Part shown: positions 55,405-64,000 of the stretch, in pieces
How positions within the stretch are numbered: position 1 is the first letter of the stretch
How the letters are laid out: each line of letters begins with the position of its first letter
Source of the DNA: a virus
Virus record (IMG/VR): IMGVR_UViG_3300042898_004347
Span: 76,054-140,053 of that record
DNA: 64,000 nucleotides
Strand: one strand, 5' to 3'
Position numbers and translations under genes: made by a program
Notes under the pieces: generated by a model
What the model was told of the DNA's origin: nothing
Database searches by the model: none
Seen by the model: only the letters and a program-made list of their open reading frames with translations

Positions 55405-55932
55405 TTACTCCGATTGGGCTGATTCCCAATACAGCAACTGCAATTCCACAGAGAACTCTTCGACTGTGTTTTCAGAGTCGAAGCTCAGATCAATTGCGGA
55501 TACTGCTGATGGGAATACACCACGAAGATCGTAGCGTTTTGTAACATCGCCAGCTTTATTCAGCTGTTCGACTGCCATATCGCAAGTGTAATCCGCAGGA
55601 TTTGAAAGTCCCGTGTTGACTGCATTGCCGTTAATGCCACCCATCCAGCGTTCAAACGAATTACGGATTTCCATACCCGTATCGTTGATCACTGAGATTG
55701 ACCACGCCTCGAACTGACGGTCACCAGCAATTTGCATTTGGCGGCCACGGAAAGGAATGGTGATAGGTGTGATGATTGAAGAAGGAAGCTGTGCGGCCTT
55801 GATCATGAATGATGCAAGTTCGACATTTCCGCGAGCATAGGCGGGAAAATTGCAGGTCACCTTGAAAAGGTTATTGCGAGCTCCACCACCAACGAGTTTT
55901 GACTTAAAGTCATTAATTCCTAAAATTGCCAT
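55405..55932 (-). CDS. 19: Tail tube protein gp19
   Basis: GGGARNNLF, PFRGR...AGDR.F..W...NDT. Confidence 0.93.
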   Translation of the reverse strand: MAILGINDFKSKLVGGGARNNLFKVTCNFPAYARGNVELASFMIKAAQLPSSIITPITIPFRGRQMQIAGDRQFEAWSISVINDTGMEIRNSFERWMGGINGNAVNTGLSNPADYTCDMAVEQLNKAGDVTKRYDLRGVFPSAVSAIDLSFDSENTVEEFSVELQLLYWESAQSE

Positions 55933-55963
55933 GTTATTGTTTCTCCTTGTTTAGATATTAGTA

Positions 55964-57673
55964 TTAACCAACCAGTTCAGAGAACTGAACGCTCGAACGA
56001 GTTGCGATAAAGCTGAGCGTAATGTAGTTAATTGAACGGGATGGTTTCACATAAATCTCAGCCACGAATTCATTTGAATCGACGACCTGACTTGTGTTAT
56101 TCGTAGAATCACAGACAACCGCAAAATCAATGATTCCGCGGCGACCTTGAACATCTCGTAGGAAAGGTTCAACAATATTCTTAAACTGTGCACGTGTGAA
56201 TTCATCATTGAATTCGAACAACTGGAATTTAGCAGCTGTTGAAATTGCTTTCTGAAGAACGATAAACAAACGGCGCACGTTAATACGATCGAAGGCTGAA
56301 GGTTTGACGAGTCCGGTTTTATCACCAAAGAGCACTGTGCCCTGGCCAGGAAACGAAACAATCGGATTAATGTTAGCCTTATAGAGAGTATCACGATCAG
56401 CATTGTTTGCATTATATGCCAATTTTGTGACACCCAGAAGTTGACCACGATTGAATCCGGCTGGTGAGAACCAAGCATCCGCCACTGAATCCGTCTGAGC
56501 GCAGAGACCAGCGATATGACCACCGGCTCCGATATAGCGATAATCATCCGCATATTTGTCGTAGACCTTCAGCGCGGTGTTATTATACACTACATAGGAT
56601 GTAGCTCCGGATACAGTTGCCTGAGCAAGAGTCACCCAGGTTTTTACTGCCGTTGTTGGAGTTGCGCCTGTTGACGCTACAATCGGAGGAGAAAGAAACG
56701 CAAGGGCGTCTTTCCGTCCAAAAGCAACAGAGGCTAATTTTGCTGCAATCGTTGTTTCGCCAGTGCTATCTGGAATTGCAAACAGAAGATTTACATCAAC
56801 TGTTTCAGCATCCGCAAAATAATCCAGTGCAGTTACAATGTGTGCAGAAGTCACTGCAACATCCGTACCGCCCGCCAGCGTATAGGTAATAATTACCGAT
56901 CCTGTCACGAAAGCGGCACCAGCAGCAGTTGCGGTGGAACCAATTTCAGTGAGTGTAGACTCATTAGCGAGTTGATAAATGTACTTCGATTGCGTATTTA
57001 AAACGGTTTTGTAATAATTACTTGTGCCATCTTCTTTCACGGCATCAGATGCCTGAGAGACAAATGCAAATGTTTCGAGGACAGTTCCAGCAGCACCCGA
57101 CCAAATACCACTTCCGTCGATAACCGCAATATGCATTTCGTCCAGGCTTGAACCCTTCGATACAGCATAGTCTGAAGATCCAGGAGCAGCCGTGAATGAG
57201 CCAGCATAGGCCCAGGCAGCAAATGCTGCAGCGGCAGGACAGACCGAAACGATTAAACCGTTTCCAAGCGTGCCCGGGTATTTTGCACCCATAACGCCAA
57301 CGGCGCCTGCGTTAGCATTATGTGAAGCCTCATATGCGGCAAAATTATTGATCTGTACGCCAGAATTGCCAGAAGCGCCTGATGTTGCATTTTTATATCC
57401 AGATGCAGCGCCTGCGCGAACGACTTTGAGCGAACCACTATACTTCAGGAATGAAGCAGCAGTAAGAAATGATTGTGATACTGAGACGTCAGTTTTTGGT
57501 GGAAGTCCGAATGTTTCAGCCAGTTCTTTTTCAGAACTCACTGTGCGAACTTCCTCAACTGGGCCCCAGCTAAAAGAACCTGCGTATCCACCAATACTGG
57601 TAGAGACTGCTGGTACGACGTTTGTTAGGTCAATTTCTTTGACCTGAACTCCTGGTGATACTAATGATGCCAT
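55964..57673 (-). CDS. 18: Tail sheath protein gp18
   Basis: SPGVQVKEIDLT, WFSPAGFNRG, FDRINVRRLF, FEFND. Confidence 0.95.
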   Translation of the reverse strand: MASLVSPGVQVKEIDLTNVVPAVSTSIGGYAGSFSWGPVEEVRTVSSEKELAETFGLPPKTDVSVSQSFLTAASFLKYSGSLKVVRAGAASGYKNATSGASGNSGVQINNFAAYEASHNANAGAVGVMGAKYPGTLGNGLIVSVCPAAAAFAAWAYAGSFTAAPGSSDYAVSKGSSLDEMHIAVIDGSGIWSGAAGTVLETFAFVSQASDAVKEDGTSNYYKTVLNTQSKYIYQLANESTLTEIGSTATAAGAAFVTGSVIITYTLAGGTDVAVTSAHIVTALDYFADAETVDVNLLFAIPDSTGETTIAAKLASVAFGRKDALAFLSPPIVASTGATPTTAVKTWVTLAQATVSGATSYVVYNNTALKVYDKYADDYRYIGAGGHIAGLCAQTDSVADAWFSPAGFNRGQLLGVTKLAYNANNADRDTLYKANINPIVSFPGQGTVLFGDKTGLVKPSAFDRINVRRLFIVLQKAISTAAKFQLFEFNDEFTRAQFKNIVEPFLRDVQGRRGIIDFAVVCDSTNNTSQVVDSNEFVAEIYVKPSRSINYITLSFIATRSSVQFSELVG

Positions 57674-57737
57674 GGTGCTTTATCCTCGTCAAATTTTTAA
57701 GTTATAAGGTTTAACATAATAAGAATAGTCATACTTC

Positions 57738-57745
57738 TATTTATA
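57738..57745 (-). promoter_or_regulatory. T4-type late promoter TATAAATA
   Basis: Exact consensus upstream of gp18. Confidence 0.7.
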
Positions 57746-57757
57746 AATAGCGTGTTT

Positions 57758-59359
57758 TCAGAACAATCCTCCACCCACAGTTTCCCATGGAATGCCATCT
57801 CCATCAACTTCGTACTTCTTCGAGCGCTCCTCCATATCTCCAAGGCTTCCAACAGGCACAACATCTTCCTCAATCATCTGGAGTCTCTCTGAGTATAACA
57901 TCGACTTAAGATCAATGTTTGCAATTGATGTAAAAATATCAGTTGCAACAAACCACGAAAAGATGACAAGAGTCATCACCGTATCATCGTGATTCCCATC
58001 AGTGGCCTCATATGATGATCCTACTGCAGAAAATGTACTGAGTTCCGAAATCATATCCGCATCCACTATCATAAGTTTCTTTTGTTCAATCAGGTCTTTG
58101 AGATTTGAGCAACCAATACGCTTTGTCTTCTTTGTGGTTGTGAGACCCAATGCACCGGTTTTCACGGTGGATTCAACATACATGTTTTCGTATTCAAGAT
58201 CATAATATAATCCATTGCACACAACGGATCCTTGATCATTTGATTCCACCACGATATACGCACTGTTGTACATCTTCGCGCATTTATAGATCACATCCGG
58301 AAAGAGTAACGGAGACATCAGATTGCTTCGAAATGTTGCAACTGTCGTAAAGGGTTTCTCGGAAACATTAAAGACGGTAAAGGTTGAATAGTCCTGACCC
58401 CGCCCTTTTGCAACATCCACCGTCATCACGTAGTTATGTTCAAGGACGGGTTCCGCATATATCTTTACGCCATTGTTTGCTGAGAGCGGGTGTTCCGCCT
58501 TCATTCCCAAAAGATTCTCAGCATTGATCAGCGTCGTTCCTGTCCCATGAAAGCTGTTACTATACTCTTGGTCGAATTGCAGTGGTGATGTATTTGCAAT
58601 CGTATCGGCTTTCCATTTTTCATCACGACCCGGAACATCCCACCAATCAACTCGAAGTGGTTTATACTGACTCACTCCCTGCACCGCGCTTTCCCAGAGC
58701 CGATGAAATACATTGCCCACACCATTCGCGGTGGATGTAATGATTACCTTTGTGGTTGTGCCCGAAGTAATAACTGGATACGTTGAGGTGTAGAATGTGC
58801 CTGCATTTTCAACGAAGGCGAACTCATCGAGAAAGAGTAAATTAACGCTGAGACCACGAATAGAAGAACCCGATGTTGCTGCAGCAAGAATCCGACTATT
58901 ATTACTAAACTCAATTGATCCTTTATTTAATGCACGACATCCGGGCTGTAAAAAGAATGGTAGGTTTTCAAGTGCCAATGTCACACGTGCCAACATTTCA
59001 CGAGCAGTAGAACCTTTATTTGCGAGCACCGCAATCGTTTTATCCGGAGAAAAGAGAGCATACCAAAGAATGTAAATGACGCTGGAGATTGACTTACCCG
59101 ATTGCCGACATGCAAGAACAATCGAGAACCGATTTGCATTAAAATGATCAAACATTCTTTCCTGATATGCATAGGGCGTGAACGGCACTAGCCCTCGATC
59201 CAATGAGATTACCTTCACATAGGTCTTTGCAAAGTAAATTGGATCCTTCATGCACTTCAGATATTCAGAAACCTCATTCTGAGTAAACTGCTGCTGAACC
59301 CCGTCACGCTTCACGTTTGCGTTCCCTAAATACCCCATCTCTGCATTTTTAAGTTGCAT
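57758..59359 (-). CDS. 17: Terminase large subunit gp17
   Basis: RQSGKS, LDEFAF, STANG, DVAKGRGQDYS, HDD. Confidence 0.96.
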   Translation of the reverse strand: MQLKNAEMGYLGNANVKRDGVQQQFTQNEVSEYLKCMKDPIYFAKTYVKVISLDRGLVPFTPYAYQERMFDHFNANRFSIVLACRQSGKSISSVIYILWYALFSPDKTIAVLANKGSTAREMLARVTLALENLPFFLQPGCRALNKGSIEFSNNSRILAAATSGSSIRGLSVNLLFLDEFAFVENAGTFYTSTYPVITSGTTTKVIITSTANGVGNVFHRLWESAVQGVSQYKPLRVDWWDVPGRDEKWKADTIANTSPLQFDQEYSNSFHGTGTTLINAENLLGMKAEHPLSANNGVKIYAEPVLEHNYVMTVDVAKGRGQDYSTFTVFNVSEKPFTTVATFRSNLMSPLLFPDVIYKCAKMYNSAYIVVESNDQGSVVCNGLYYDLEYENMYVESTVKTGALGLTTTKKTKRIGCSNLKDLIEQKKLMIVDADMISELSTFSAVGSSYEATDGNHDDTVMTLVIFSWFVATDIFTSIANIDLKSMLYSERLQMIEEDVVPVGSLGDMEERSKKYEVDGDGIPWETVGGGLF

Positions 59360-59783
59360 TGTTTGTGGTATCAGTAATGTTCTTTTCTACAAGTTCCTTA
59401 CGCAGATGTTTCTGAAGGTCGGTCACGGATCCAAGGAATAGGTTATTGTTTGTGACTCCGGCTGAAACGCCTTTCTCTTCCTTCTTAAGATCCTTTTTAT
59501 TCTTCTGAAGTGACATTAGTTTATCCGTCATATCCGAAGTATTCTTTAACATGATGGATAATACCTCGAAGGCCCTTGGATGTTCCGACTGTAGCGCAAG
59601 CTCCATCATTCCATCAATTGCAGTGTTTGATTTATCCACAAGATCCTTATAGGTCCTGCGAGAAAATTCATAATCATCCTGAATCTCTTTTTCCTCCTTT
59701 GGCGGAGGTGGAATACTCGAAACTGGCACTGGAAGATTTCCTTCCAGGCTCTTAAGTAATTTTTCGCTTTTTTCAGTTGTCAT
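59349..59783 (-). CDS. 16: Terminase small subunit gp16
   Basis: DYEFSR, SEHPRAFEV, NNLFLGS..DLQK. Confidence 0.9.
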   Translation of the reverse strand: MTTEKSEKLLKSLEGNLPVPVSSIPPPPKEEKEIQDDYEFSRRTYKDLVDKSNTAIDGMMELALQSEHPRAFEVLSIMLKNTSDMTDKLMSLQKNKKDLKKEEKGVSAGVTNNNLFLGSVTDLQKHLRKELVEKNITDTTNNAT

Positions 59784-59800
59784 AATAAAAAAGCCTTAAA

Positions 59801-60577
59801 TCACGTATTTAATTCGTCAAATCCAAAATCAGTTTCAGTTTGAACAACTGTAAAATTTGTCGGAGTGTCTTCAATCGAAGATACCGTGGTGTGTATGAGC
59901 ACGCCCGGGGTGTCTGTAATCTTATTTGTATTGAGATTAATATCAGAAATACGAATTAATGCCCTCTTTGTGACGGGTCCATAGAAGCGAACGCGCGTTT
60001 CAAAGTCCAGCGTGTAGACAATTGCACGGCGCGTCATTGCATCACCCTCGTAGTCATCCGTCATTGTAACTGAATTAAGCACAAAGGGAATATCAGTTGT
60101 GATATTGACGCTCTCCACCTCGGTAATTGTCACGGTATAATCGGGCTGAAAATACGGCAATATTTGCTCTGTGATTTGAAGAGCATCATCCTGATTTTTT
60201 GCCATAATACTCAACTGAAAGTTAATGCGATATGGAGCAAATGTACGAAGATTGTGTTTGATGGATGAATCATTTGCATCGATTGAACCAAGAGTGTTAT
60301 TTCGATTGATCTTCGTAGTAGCATCGTATGTCATGCTTGTAATTTCAAATGACATACGAGGAAGCTTCATTGCAATCTTATCATCATCCACCAAGTCTTT
60401 CTGAGCATCAAGACGCATCAGAAACTTACTCTTTGGACCATATGCAAGAGGCACACGCGTGCTATGAATTACCTTCGAGGTTTGATCTTTACGAACAACA
60501 TTAATGTTATTGAATAAAGTACCAAACACCGAAACAATTCGGCGAATGTGCCCGTGATAAAAATGTCCCGTCAACAT
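59801..60577 (-). CDS. 15: Tail sheath stabiliser gp15
   Basis: FYH..IRR....FGTLFN, VPLAYGP, LPRMSFE, EQILPYFQP. Confidence 0.92.
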   Translation of the reverse strand: MLTGHFYHGHIRRIVSVFGTLFNNINVVRKDQTSKVIHSTRVPLAYGPKSKFLMRLDAQKDLVDDDKIAMKLPRMSFEITSMTYDATTKINRNNTLGSIDANDSSIKHNLRTFAPYRINFQLSIMAKNQDDALQITEQILPYFQPDYTVTITEVESVNITTDIPFVLNSVTMTDDYEGDAMTRRAIVYTLDFETRVRFYGPVTKRALIRISDINLNTNKITDTPGVLIHTTVSSIEDTPTNFTVVQTETDFGFDELNT

Positions 60578-60580
60578 AAA

Positions 60581-61036
60581 TTAAGTGACTGCGCCTTTTA
60601 ACACAAGGAACTGTAACACCGGAGTTTCGCTGGCTGAAATCGTTTCCGAGACATTACGAATAGTAATTAGTGCACTGCCCGCGGCGGATGACACGGCAAT
60701 GTTATAAAGCCCGAGTGTTCCACCCGTTGCATGATTCACCACGAGCATATCACCCGCAGCCACCGTTGAATTTGTGAGTGTAAAAGATGTGGATGTATTT
60801 GCCGCAAGCGTTGTAGGAAACAACGTGATCGTTCCACATAACTTATTGAGTGTCACACCCGTGGTGCGAGATGTTTCCTGAGTGATAGCGCCACCATTGC
60901 CCGCGGCATATCCAATTGGAAGACTCAGAGCATATAGCTCTGTAAAATTGGTATTTGCCTTTGTGAAAGCTGTGCGCAGAGGATCGCCCGTTTTATCATT
61001 TGCGCTTGATCCGATTAAAATTGTTTGTTTTGCCAT
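60581..61036 (-). CDS. Structural protein with a gp9/gp10-like N-terminal motif
   Basis: MAKQTILIG..ANDKTGDPLRTAFTKAN.NF.ELY. Confidence 0.7.
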   Translation of the reverse strand: MAKQTILIGSSANDKTGDPLRTAFTKANTNFTELYALSLPIGYAAGNGGAITQETSRTTGVTLNKLCGTITLFPTTLAANTSTSFTLTNSTVAAGDMLVVNHATGGTLGLYNIAVSSAAGSALITIRNVSETISASETPVLQFLVLKGAVT

Positions 61037-61050
61037 AAATGTAGTGGTGT

Positions 61051-62103
61051 TTAGAAAGTATCAGCCGTAAAGAGGGATGAGTCTGCACTGATTCCGGAAG
61101 AATCGGCACGATAGGAAAGAATTGTGAATGGAAGCACCGTTGTACTAAATCCGATTTCGCCAAATGGGTTCGTTTCGCTGAAGTCAATAATGTCTCCTGC
61201 ATCCTTCTCAAACGCGTAATTCTGTGCGCCTTCACCCGAGGTGAATGTTTTATCCGCACTTGCAGTATCGATATCGAATTTCGTGAGAATACTCCATTGA
61301 GCTCCACTCGTGAGACCAATGAGTTTAAGAGCATCGCTTGATCCCACAGTGAATTCACTAAATTCTCCTGTGTTCGAACGAATTTCTCCAAGGAAGATAA
61401 GAATTCTGCTATTAGGATCTCCTTTGATTTCGTGTTCCAACTTTAGCACCTTTGCGGATATTTCAACCGCAGTAGTTGTCGTTGTGGCAGGAGACAAAAC
61501 CTGTTTTACTGTTTCACCAATTTGAAACGTAATTGAATTTGATGATCCAACAGCAAAGCAATATGCTGCGGCAAATTCATTCTGAATATTGTCAATTTCA
61601 TCAATGCCCGTGGAGATGTCTTCATTCGAGTATTCAAACAACTCGCATTGAAGTTTATAGACGGGAAGTTTATCCAATTGATAGAAAGGAGACTTATGTT
61701 CAACAAATTTAATTTCAAAGAAAGAACGTGTGAGAGGAAGATAGATTAGGTCTCCTTCATTCGGGCGATCCCCTATAATTTCATTATTATATACGCCAAC
61801 TACTTTCTCCCAGCGTTTACGCGAGACGACGAACGTCGCCTGATCTCGAATCTGAAGACCGAACTTTGTAAAAAGCGTGCCATCTCCGTCGAAGCCATCA
61901 ACATTTTCAAGATACATTTCAATGATGTAGGCATCGCTGAATTTAGATTCAATATCCTCATTCAGGATTAAATCTCTTGAGGCCATTGTTCTCGGAATAT
62001 AATAGACATCATGTCCATATATCGAGAGACCCTCAATCACTAGGTTTTCGTAGAGTTCAGCCTCGCTCCTTGCGCCCTGAGAAAAATATACAGATCTAGC
62101 CAT
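61051..62103 (-). CDS. 14: Neck protein gp14
   Basis: YYIPR, IEMY, KFG..IRD, RPNEGDLIY, FYQL. Confidence 0.92.
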   Translation of the reverse strand: MARSVYFSQGARSEAELYENLVIEGLSIYGHDVYYIPRTMASRDLILNEDIESKFSDAYIIEMYLENVDGFDGDGTLFTKFGLQIRDQATFVVSRKRWEKVVGVYNNEIIGDRPNEGDLIYLPLTRSFFEIKFVEHKSPFYQLDKLPVYKLQCELFEYSNEDISTGIDEIDNIQNEFAAAYCFAVGSSNSITFQIGETVKQVLSPATTTTTAVEISAKVLKLEHEIKGDPNSRILIFLGEIRSNTGEFSEFTVGSSDALKLIGLTSGAQWSILTKFDIDTASADKTFTSGEGAQNYAFEKDAGDIIDFSETNPFGEIGFSTTVLPFTILSYRADSSGISADSSLFTADTF

Positions 62104-62112
62104 AGCAATATA

Positions 62113-62859
62113 TTAGCCAATCATGAAATCCACGGGCAGAGAAGAATTGTAGACGATGTCTGTTTCCAGTGCAAGAATTTCTGCGTTTGCATCATCCACC
62201 ATTTTCGTGCCATTCAGTGTGACTCCACCAGGCAATACCATGCCTTCAAATTTTGACATATTCTGACCCCACTGACGCTTTAAGAGAGCCGTGGCATATC
62301 GCTTTAGAAATTTATCATTATATACCTTTGCGAAGGCAGCCTCGTCAACTGTTTCATAACCTTCAACAACGAGATAATCATTCTGAACCACAGTGGTCCA
62401 GTCAATATCAATCTTGAGACGTGACATATGACGGTTGAATCTCACCGCGGGAGTTCCATTTAACAGTAGATCCAGACTCTCGAGATACTGCCGAGTCTCT
62501 ACATAATTGGCTAATGCACCCGCATACTGTAGATCGTACAAATCGTTTAAATGCACCTGATACCGAGCCGAAAACATTCCGGAAGAATTCGATGAATTGT
62601 TCGTGAGGGGAAACAGCCGAGTCACATAGAGCATGGACTCGGGAAGAGTGATATATTGATTCGAAATATCCTGAGCAGAAAGCTGATGCTTCTTGTATAT
62701 TTTGATGATTGCATCATGATGATATTCGCGAAAGAACTGAAATGCCTCATCAATTCTATCACTCACCTGATCATCATCAACGTTAATTTCAAGAACGGGG
62801 GCTCCCAGAGCTCGAAGACAGTAATCAATAAGAGTCTGACGTGTGTTGGGTACGGCCAT
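62113..62859 (-). CDS. 13: Neck protein gp13
   Basis: YCLRALGAPVLEINVDDDQ, QWGQNMSKF.G..LPGGV..NG. Confidence 0.93.
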   Translation of the reverse strand: MAVPNTRQTLIDYCLRALGAPVLEINVDDDQVSDRIDEAFQFFREYHHDAIIKIYKKHQLSAQDISNQYITLPESMLYVTRLFPLTNNSSNSSGMFSARYQVHLNDLYDLQYAGALANYVETRQYLESLDLLLNGTPAVRFNRHMSRLKIDIDWTTVVQNDYLVVEGYETVDEAAFAKVYNDKFLKRYATALLKRQWGQNMSKFEGMVLPGGVTLNGTKMVDDANAEILALETDIVYNSSLPVDFMIG

Positions 62860-62867
62860 AGATCATC

Positions 62868-62875
62868 TATTTATA
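62868..62875 (-). promoter_or_regulatory. T4-type late promoter TATAAATA
   Basis: Exact consensus upstream of gp13. Confidence 0.7.
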
Positions 62876-62881
62876 TCTTTC

Positions 62882-63118
62882 TCACCACTTGCCAATAGGG
62901 CATTTAAGAGCCTTAAACCGAGCCTTTGTCTCCATAAAACACCCACACTTCATACACCGAGAACCGTGCCAGTGTTCACACATTCCACAGATTTTAAGCC
63001 TTTGCTCGACTAATTCTGCTGTTGACAGAATGTCATTGATGCCGCTTTCATCAAATATCTTCTTTGTGTCCGCCATGAGGCTGGCGATCTGATCCGTAAG
63101 AGGAGGAAACTGATTCAT
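62882..63118 (-). CDS. Small Cys-rich (metal-binding) protein
   Basis: R..IC..C...C..CGCFM..K...CP.GKW. Confidence 0.7.
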   Translation of the reverse strand: MNQFPPLTDQIASLMADTKKIFDESGINDILSTAELVEQRLKICGMCEHWHGSRCMKCGCFMETKARFKALKCPIGKW

Positions 63119-63127
63119 AATATATCA

Positions 63128-64000
63128 TTATTTATGTGCGATGGATTGAACGAGTAATTTTAACTCCTCGATCTGAGATTGCTGTTCTTTGATTGCCTCA
63201 ATGAGAAGTGCGGTAATACTTCCGTAATCAACCGAAAGAGTAGATTCTTTTGTTTCAAGATCAACATTATCTAAAACAACTTCCGGCAATACTTCACGAA
63301 TTTCTTGAGCAATGACACCAATTCTTCTTGTATTTGTTTCGTCAGATTTTTTTGTATAATATACACCCCTCAATTGATTAACCTTATTCAGAGCACTATC
63401 AATTATAATGATATTATTCTTTAATTTAAGATCGGAATATGCAGTAACATTTCCTCCGGCGACTAAATCTCCAGCATGCCACGCATAACCATCAGCACGA
63501 AATCTGTGATATAAGTTTCCAGAAATGTCTCCGCAACCATAACCCACACAGCTATTTCCGTAAATTCTAAATTCTTCGTTTGAATCATCGTTTAATTGCA
63601 ATTCGAGCCAACAATCATTGCTGGCATTTTCAATAAATCTCAAACAATAGGGGTCGGAAGAAGTTGATCCTCCAGTAGTTCTAAAATTAATTCTATTCAC
63701 CCCAATTGGATTTGAATAGAATGTATTTGTGCCTGTCCAGGTATTATTATTTGCTAGAATAGTAGCACCAGAAGTACCTTGAGCTCCTGTCACACTTGTG
63801 CCAATCGTGCCTTGAGCTCCTGTCACACTTGTGCCAATCGTGCCTTGAGCTCCTGTCACACTTGTGCCAATCGTGCCTTGAGCTCCTGTCACGCTTGTGC
63901 CAATCGTGCCTTGAGTACCTTGAGCTCCTGTCACGCTTGTGCCAATCGTGCCTTGAGTGCCCTGAGAGCCCGTCACGCTTGTGCCAATCGTGCCTTGAGT
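63128..64000 (-). CDS. Tail fibre C-terminal part with collagen-like repeats and an S74 intramolecular chaperone (starts outside the window)
   Basis: GAQGTIGTSVT repeats; YSDLKLK.NI...GVIAQE...VDY....LIEAIKE. Confidence 0.85.
   Translation of the reverse strand, partial: TQGTIGTSVTGSQGTQGTIGTSVTGAQGTQGTIGTSVTGAQGTIGTSVTGAQGTIGTSVTGAQGTIGTSVTGAQGTSGATILANNNTWTGTNTFYSNPIGVNRINFRTTGGSTSSDPYCLRFIENASNDCWLELQLNDDSNEEFRIYGNSCVGYGCGDISGNLYHRFRADGYAWHAGDLVAGGNVTAYSDLKLKNNIIIIDSALNKVNQLRGVYYTKKSDETNTRRIGVIAQEIREVLPEVVLDNVDLETKESTLSVDYGSITALLIEAIKEQQSQIEELKLLVQSIAHK
63777..64000 (-). repeat. 33-bp coding tandem repeat with 9-bp inserts
   Basis: Six near-identical CCTTGAGCTCCTGTCACACTTGTGCCAATCGTG units, continuing past the window end. 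Confidence 0.9.

Noticed and set aside
917-63092. Numerous plus-strand and nested ORFs in the track (e.g. 19576-20064, 20252-20746, 24807-25322, 38054-38530)
   Set aside because: They are antisense or out-of-frame shadows of well-supported genes and have no recognisable motifs.
1-64000. tRNAs, CRISPR arrays, introns or inteins (gp43, nrdA, gp17, gp41), stop-codon recoding
   Set aside because: I saw no cloverleaf or repeat-spacer pattern by eye. Core genes are uninterrupted, of normal length, and densely packed under the standard code.
63777-64000. CRISPR-like or DGR repeat
   Set aside because: The repeats are contiguous, in-frame coding units with no spacers, and there is no reverse transcriptase in the window.

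Overview
A 64-kb segment of a large T4-like myovirus genome, almost entirely on the minus strand. It carries the T4 core. The virion block is gp13-gp23, gp3 and a partial tail fibre. Replication, recombination and late-transcription genes are uvsY, uvsW, gp55, gp47/46, gp45, dsbA, gp44/62, regA, gp43, uvsX, gp41 and rnh. Nucleotide metabolism genes are a class Id-like nrdAB, thyX, dCMP deaminase and a gp42-type dCMP hydroxymethylase. The most striking region lies between gp42 and uvsX, where T4 has beta-glucosyltransferase (BGT). Here it holds three co-transcribed genes: an aGPT-Pplase (amino-acid:DNA transferase)-like protein, a fold-type-II PLP enzyme, and an apparent chimera of a BGT-like acceptor domain with an SGNH-like domain. 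Together they are a candidate non-glucosyl, amino-acid/acyl-type hypermodification pathway for 5-hydroxymethylcytosine (hmC). Also notable: an inverted, late-promoter-driven, His-rich cassette (ligase-like, HAD, HIGH nucleotidyltransferase) with capsid-targeting-like N-termini; a family of His-rich putative internal head proteins; and many near-leaderless sigma70-type promoters, several with IHF-consensus sites upstream. All calls come from motif recognition by eye; no database searches were run.
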